From Nitratidesulfovibrio vulgaris str. Hildenborough (GTDB taxonomy: Bacteria; Desulfobacterota; Desulfovibrionia; Desulfovibrionales; Desulfovibrionaceae), in assembly GCF_000195755.1 (NCBI RefSeq), contig NC_002937.3:1560001-1592000 (forward strand): DNA of 32,000 nucleotides. The letters run 5' to 3'. Of the stretch, positions 29,165 through 32,000 are shown in pieces. The translations under genes were made by a program, and so were the position numbers. The notes under the pieces are model-generated. The model saw only the letters and a list, made by a program, of their open reading frames with translations, searched no databases and was not told the DNA's origin. The first letter of the stretch is position 1, and each line of letters starts with the position of its first letter.

Positions 29165-30151
29165 ATGTGCGCTGGAGAAGACCAAGGCAATATTTTAGTT
29201 TTCAAGAAGGACAACAAGTTACCCAGCATAATCAATTCGACTGAACTCGGGGAGTACTTCAAAAACTCAAATTCAAACACATATCAAGATATACTAAATA
29301 ACCTGAACAGCATTTCAACAGCGCTGGATATTAAGTCGCTTATAGGTGACGGGGAAACATTTCAAATCATCGCAAAGAACGCAGACTTGATTGCTCCAGG
29401 TCAAGATGGACTTTATCCAGCAGTGTTAAGAGGCAAAGATGGGCGCATAGTCGAACACATAAAACTACGCAAAGCTGGCTTTGACTGCATGCAAGCGGCT
29501 CGCGTTGTTGGCACTCAGTTCATGCTTTTAAATATCGCTATGAAACTCGACGCCATCGATAAAAAGCTGGACACAATCAATAGCAATTTTCATATAGATC
29601 GCATTGCAAAGATTAAGTCTGGTCTTTCATCGCTTCGTACACTCCACCATTATGAGCAAGAGATTAGAGACCAAGAGGTCAGCAATACTCTTCAAACGCT
29701 TAGAGATGGCATGCATGCTGGCATCGAAGAACTTCGCTTCGACATCTCCAGGTGGCCCGATGAAACTACAGGATTTCTAGATGGATGGTTCGGGGATGGG
29801 GTCAAACAGGCAGAGCAGAGAATTGCAAAGTCACGAGAGACATTGTTTTACATTGCTGAAGCCCTGAAAGGAATGCTTGTTTGCGAGACACTGCGCAGCA
29901 ATCCTCAAATTCTTGCCATGGAGTCTCACTTCAAGGTTTTTCAGGACATGCTGAGCGATGGTATACTTGATATTGCAATTCGCAAATCAAGAATTCTTCC
30001 AAAATCTCGAACTGACATAAATGAATGTTTCTGGAATGAGGCTAAGGTCGAGCTCTTGAAACCCACAGTACAACTCGGATTCAAAATGCATGAGTCCATT
30101 GCAATCGAGATTCATACAAAAGATTTGGAGGTAGCAAGTCATGGCAAATAA
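29165..30151 (+). CDS. 328-aa soluble protein of unknown family (rexA position), AT-rich gene
   Basis: ATG 29165 with a GAGGA RBS, 57 nt after the repressor stop with no intervening terminator. Predicted helical/coiled-coil centre. I recognise no motif. Confidence 0.75.
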   Translation: MCAGEDQGNILVFKKDNKLPSIINSTELGEYFKNSNSNTYQDILNNLNSISTALDIKSLIGDGETFQIIAKNADLIAPGQDGLYPAVLRGKDGRIVEHIKLRKAGFDCMQAARVVGTQFMLLNIAMKLDAIDKKLDTINSNFHIDRIAKIKSGLSSLRTLHHYEQEIRDQEVSNTLQTLRDGMHAGIEELRFDISRWPDETTGFLDGWFGDGVKQAEQRIAKSRETLFYIAEALKGMLVCETLRSNPQILAMESHFKVFQDMLSDGILDIAIRKSRILPKSRTDINECFWNEAKVELLKPTVQLGFKMHESIAIEIHTKDLEVASHGK

Positions 30152-30320
30152 TAAGTGCACTGAGTGTGGTAGAGACCTAGTCGAAGGCGAAACTGAACTA
30201 TGCCCAAACTGTAAGCGTACAAAACATTCTACATGGAAAATGATAGGTTCCGTAGCTGTATTTGTGATCGCAGTGGTGGTAGTTATTGCCACTGGTAAAA
30301 AGCCTAACTTGGAGGCCTAA
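30141..30320 (+). CDS. 59-aa zinc-ribbon plus single C-terminal TM protein (rexB position)
   Basis: MANNKCTECGRDLVEGETELCPNCKRTKHSTWKMIGSVAVFVIAVVVVIATGKKPNLEA carries CX2CX11CX2C followed by a hydrophobic helix. It overlaps the upstream gene by 11 nt. Absent from the ORF track (<60 aa). Confidence 0.6.
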   Translation: MANNKCTECGRDLVEGETELCPNCKRTKHSTWKMIGSVAVFVIAVVVVIATGKKPNLEA

Positions 30321-30387
30321 TTCCATTACTGTCGTGATCTTCTCCCGGGCCATTTTCCTCGGGGCGGTTATTTTTTTGCAGCGCTCA

Positions 30388-30402
30388 TTGCATCGATGAA
30401 AC
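30388..30402. promoter_or_regulatory. Operator-like site OL-a (TTGCATCGATGAAAC, palindromic core CATCGATG)
   Basis: Same 15-mer family as 28381-28395. Lies 7 nt upstream of TTGACC. Confidence 0.55.
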
Positions 30403-30409
30403 GTTCTTC

Positions 30410-30438
30410 TTGACCTGACCTTTTCATCAATGCAAAAT
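30410..30438 (+). promoter_or_regulatory. PL-like promoter for the early-left operon
   Basis: TTGACC (30410-30415) - 17 nt - CAAAAT (30433-30438). Geometry is identical to the PR-like promoter relative to the operator pair. Confidence 0.5.
30421..30435. promoter_or_regulatory. Operator-like site OL-b (inverted copy: reverse complement TTGCATTGATGAAAA)
   Basis: 13/15 match to OL-a in inverted orientation, with an 18-nt spacer. Overlaps the predicted -10. Confidence 0.55.
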
Positions 30439-30696
30439 ATCTTCACCACCACCGAGGAACACCCCGCGAGCGGCGCCCAACCGGGCAGAGCGGACGGAAG
30501 GAGCGGAGGAGGGTGGTCCCGCCGGTCAGTAGCGAGGCTCGAACGACACGCGACGGCATGCAGGTAGCGTGGATCAGTAGGGAACCGGGACCGAAGGCCA
30601 TGAAGGCGGGCGGCATCAATGAATATGGATCGTTGCCCTTGGGATAGAGCGAAGGCCACCCACGGGACGGCGATCCGGAGAGCAGCCGGAGGGAAT

Positions 30697-30846
30697 ATGC
30701 CAACCATCATCACCAGAGTGAACGGCAGGCCTGTCAGGACGAAGCGGGCATGTATGCTGATCCTTCTGATCACGGCCGTTCAGATCTCGGACCTCAGGCT
30801 CGAGGCACGCATGTGGCAACGGGCAAAAGGGTGGGAGGTAGAGTAG
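30697..30846 (+). CDS. 49-aa ORF, first after the PL-like promoter; basic N-terminus (speculative N-like regulator)
   Basis: GGAGGG 3 nt before ATG 30697. Sequence MPTIITRVNGRPVRTKRACMLILL.... The stop lies 2 nt before the next ATG. Confidence 0.3.
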   Translation: MPTIITRVNGRPVRTKRACMLILLITAVQISDLRLEARMWQRAKGWEVE

Positions 30847-30848
30847 CC

Positions 30849-31145
30849 ATGAAGTGGTTCACCATCGCCTACACCCGTGAGGGAGCCGACCGGATCCATG
30901 CCGAAACGGCAGAGCACGCGAACGAGAGCGACGCGTGGCGGTACGCTGCCGACATGGCGGACTCCGAGCCCGGATACGAGGTCGAGGTCATGCCGCACTA
31001 TTTCACCATCCCCTCGAATCAGGGCCACAGCTACAGACATGAAGCCCGTGATGCTCGGAGCCGTACCGCCTTGGTTGGGTTGCATCACAAGGCCATCGCT
31101 GCCCGCGAACGGTTGACGCTCGCACGGCCGACGGCTTCAACCTAA
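30849..31145 (+). CDS. Phage early-left hypothetical protein (98 aa)
   Basis: ATG 30849 (MKWFTIAYTREG...) with GGGAGG upstream. The track start at 30750 is an upstream extension. Confidence 0.6.
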   Translation: MKWFTIAYTREGADRIHAETAEHANESDAWRYAADMADSEPGYEVEVMPHYFTIPSNQGHSYRHEARDARSRTALVGLHHKAIAARERLTLARPTAST

Positions 31146-31190
31146 GGCGTAGAGCCGTTTTTCCCCGACATCCCTGTCTAGGAGGACAGC

Positions 31191-32000
31191 ATGGATCAGG
31201 CACAGAATCTTGCGCCCATCTCGACGCACGCCCCCGTTCCGACCGGCAGCTTCATGCCTGTTACGGAGATGGTGGCCCAAGTAGGGCACATACAGGCCGT
31301 GATGCGGGCGGTCATGAAATCAGACGAACACTACGGAACCATCCCCGGATGCGGCGATAAGCCCACGCTGCTCAAGCCCGGCGCGGAGAAGCTCGCCATG
31401 ACGTTCAGGCTCGCACCCGAGTACGACATCCTCGAGCGTGACCTTGGGGGCGGGCACCGTGAATACCGGGTGACGGCACGGCTCGTATCCATTCTCACCG
31501 GTGTCTTTGTCGGAGCCGGGGTGGGGCTCTGCTCCACGATGGAGGGAAAGTATCGCTTCCGTACCGGCGAGGGCGAGGTCACGTCCGTACCGGTGCCCAA
31601 GGCCTATTGGGATACCCGAAAGAGCGATGCCGCGGCTGCTGCGCGGATCTTGCGCACCACAGCCAACGCGGCAGGGCTCGAAGGTACCAAGTTCGGCACC
31701 AAGAAGGATGACTCCGGGCGCTGGATGATCAGCACCCATGGGGAGCGGGTCGAGCACGACAATCCCGCCGACTACTACAACACCGTGCTCAAGATGGCGA
31801 AGAAGCGTGCCCTTGTGGACGCGGTTCTCACCAGCACTGCCGCCAGCGACATCTTCACGCAGGACGTGGAGGACATGCCCGAGGTCATTCCCGGTGCCGC
31901 CGCCACTGTGCAGCCCGCACAGCAGAAGGCGCAGGCCGCACCAAAGAAGGCTCCGGTGCAGCCGCAAGCCAATCAGCCGCCTACTGCATCCAGCGCACAA
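31191..32000 (+). CDS. Phage early protein, partial (runs off the window); possible ssDNA-annealing/recombination protein
   Basis: AGGAGGA RBS and ATG 31191, open for 270 codons to the window end (not in the ORF track because no stop is present). Motifs YGTIPGCGDKPTLLKPGAEKLAMTF and NTVLKMAKKRALVDAVLTSTAASDIFTQD. It occupies the position of lambda bet. The functional call is tentative. Confidence 0.6.
   Translation, partial: MDQAQNLAPISTHAPVPTGSFMPVTEMVAQVGHIQAVMRAVMKSDEHYGTIPGCGDKPTLLKPGAEKLAMTFRLAPEYDILERDLGGGHREYRVTARLVSILTGVFVGAGVGLCSTMEGKYRFRTGEGEVTSVPVPKAYWDTRKSDAAAAARILRTTANAAGLEGTKFGTKKDDSGRWMISTHGERVEHDNPADYYNTVLKMAKKRALVDAVLTSTAASDIFTQDVEDMPEVIPGAAATVQPAQQKAQAAPKKAPVQPQANQPPTASSAQ

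Larger units (their letters stand above)
1075..32000. mobile_element. Lambda/HK97-like siphovirus prophage (partial: left boundary about 1.1-1.26 kb, right end beyond the window)
   Basis: Contiguous immunity, replication, lysis, packaging, head and tail modules in canonical order, with tightly coupled genes (many ATGA/TGATG overlaps). Confidence 0.9.

Noticed and set aside
30341-30378. T7 run (30371-30377) after the 59-aa gene as an intrinsic terminator for the repressor transcript
   Set aside because: I could only build a 3-4 bp stem upstream of the T run, so I did not call it. Transcript mapping would be needed.
30198-30773. 191-aa - strand ORF downstream of the cassette
   Set aside because: It runs antisense through the 59-aa zinc-ribbon/TM gene and the PL-like operator/promoter module. 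It has no RBS, and its composition shifts with the underlying GC change.
31320-32000. 226-aa - strand ORF at the window end
   Set aside because: It is antisense to the SD-preceded + strand gene starting at 31191, which has conserved-looking motifs. It is a shadow ORF.

Overview
High-GC DNA (about 60-65% GC by eye) occupied almost entirely by one lambda/HK97-like siphovirus prophage.

- **Left end (first ~1.2 kb), probably the prophage/host junction:** the 3' end of a + strand CDS, a bidirectional terminator, a secreted SNase-type nuclease, an AT-rich spacer, a tiny SD-preceded hydrophobic ORF and two hairpins.
- **About 1.26 kb to 28.4 kb, all on the - strand in canonical order (reading right to left):**
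  - Regulators: Cro-like and CII/CP76-like.
  - Replication: orphan C5 DNA methyltransferase, replisome organizer with phased GTAC iterons, G39P-like loader, DUF1064 nuclease and two small proteins.
  - A visibly AT-rich two-gene island: a 187-aa helical protein plus a PemK/MazF-like toxin.
  - Lysis: endolysin-like protein, 3TM holin and a small membrane protein.
  - Packaging and head: HNH, TerS, TerL, portal, ClpP-type prohead protease, HK97-type capsid and head-tail connector genes.
  - Tail: tail tube, G/GT chaperone with an A_AAA_AAC -1 frameshift, a + strand hicAB moron with its own promoter and terminator, tape measure, gpM/L/K-like proteins, a gpI-gpJ fusion, a tail fibre and two small tail-end genes.
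- **+ strand from 28.45 kb:** an S24/LexA-type CI repressor, then an AT-rich 328-aa plus 59-aa (zinc-ribbon + TM) cassette in exactly the lambda rexA-rexB position. Next comes a PL-like promoter carrying the same operator module as PR, followed by early-left genes (the last is partial).

No rRNA, tRNA or CRISPR array was seen. The best candidates for an undescribed system are the repressor-linked cassette at 29165-30320 and the atypical PemK/MazF pair at 22050-22995.
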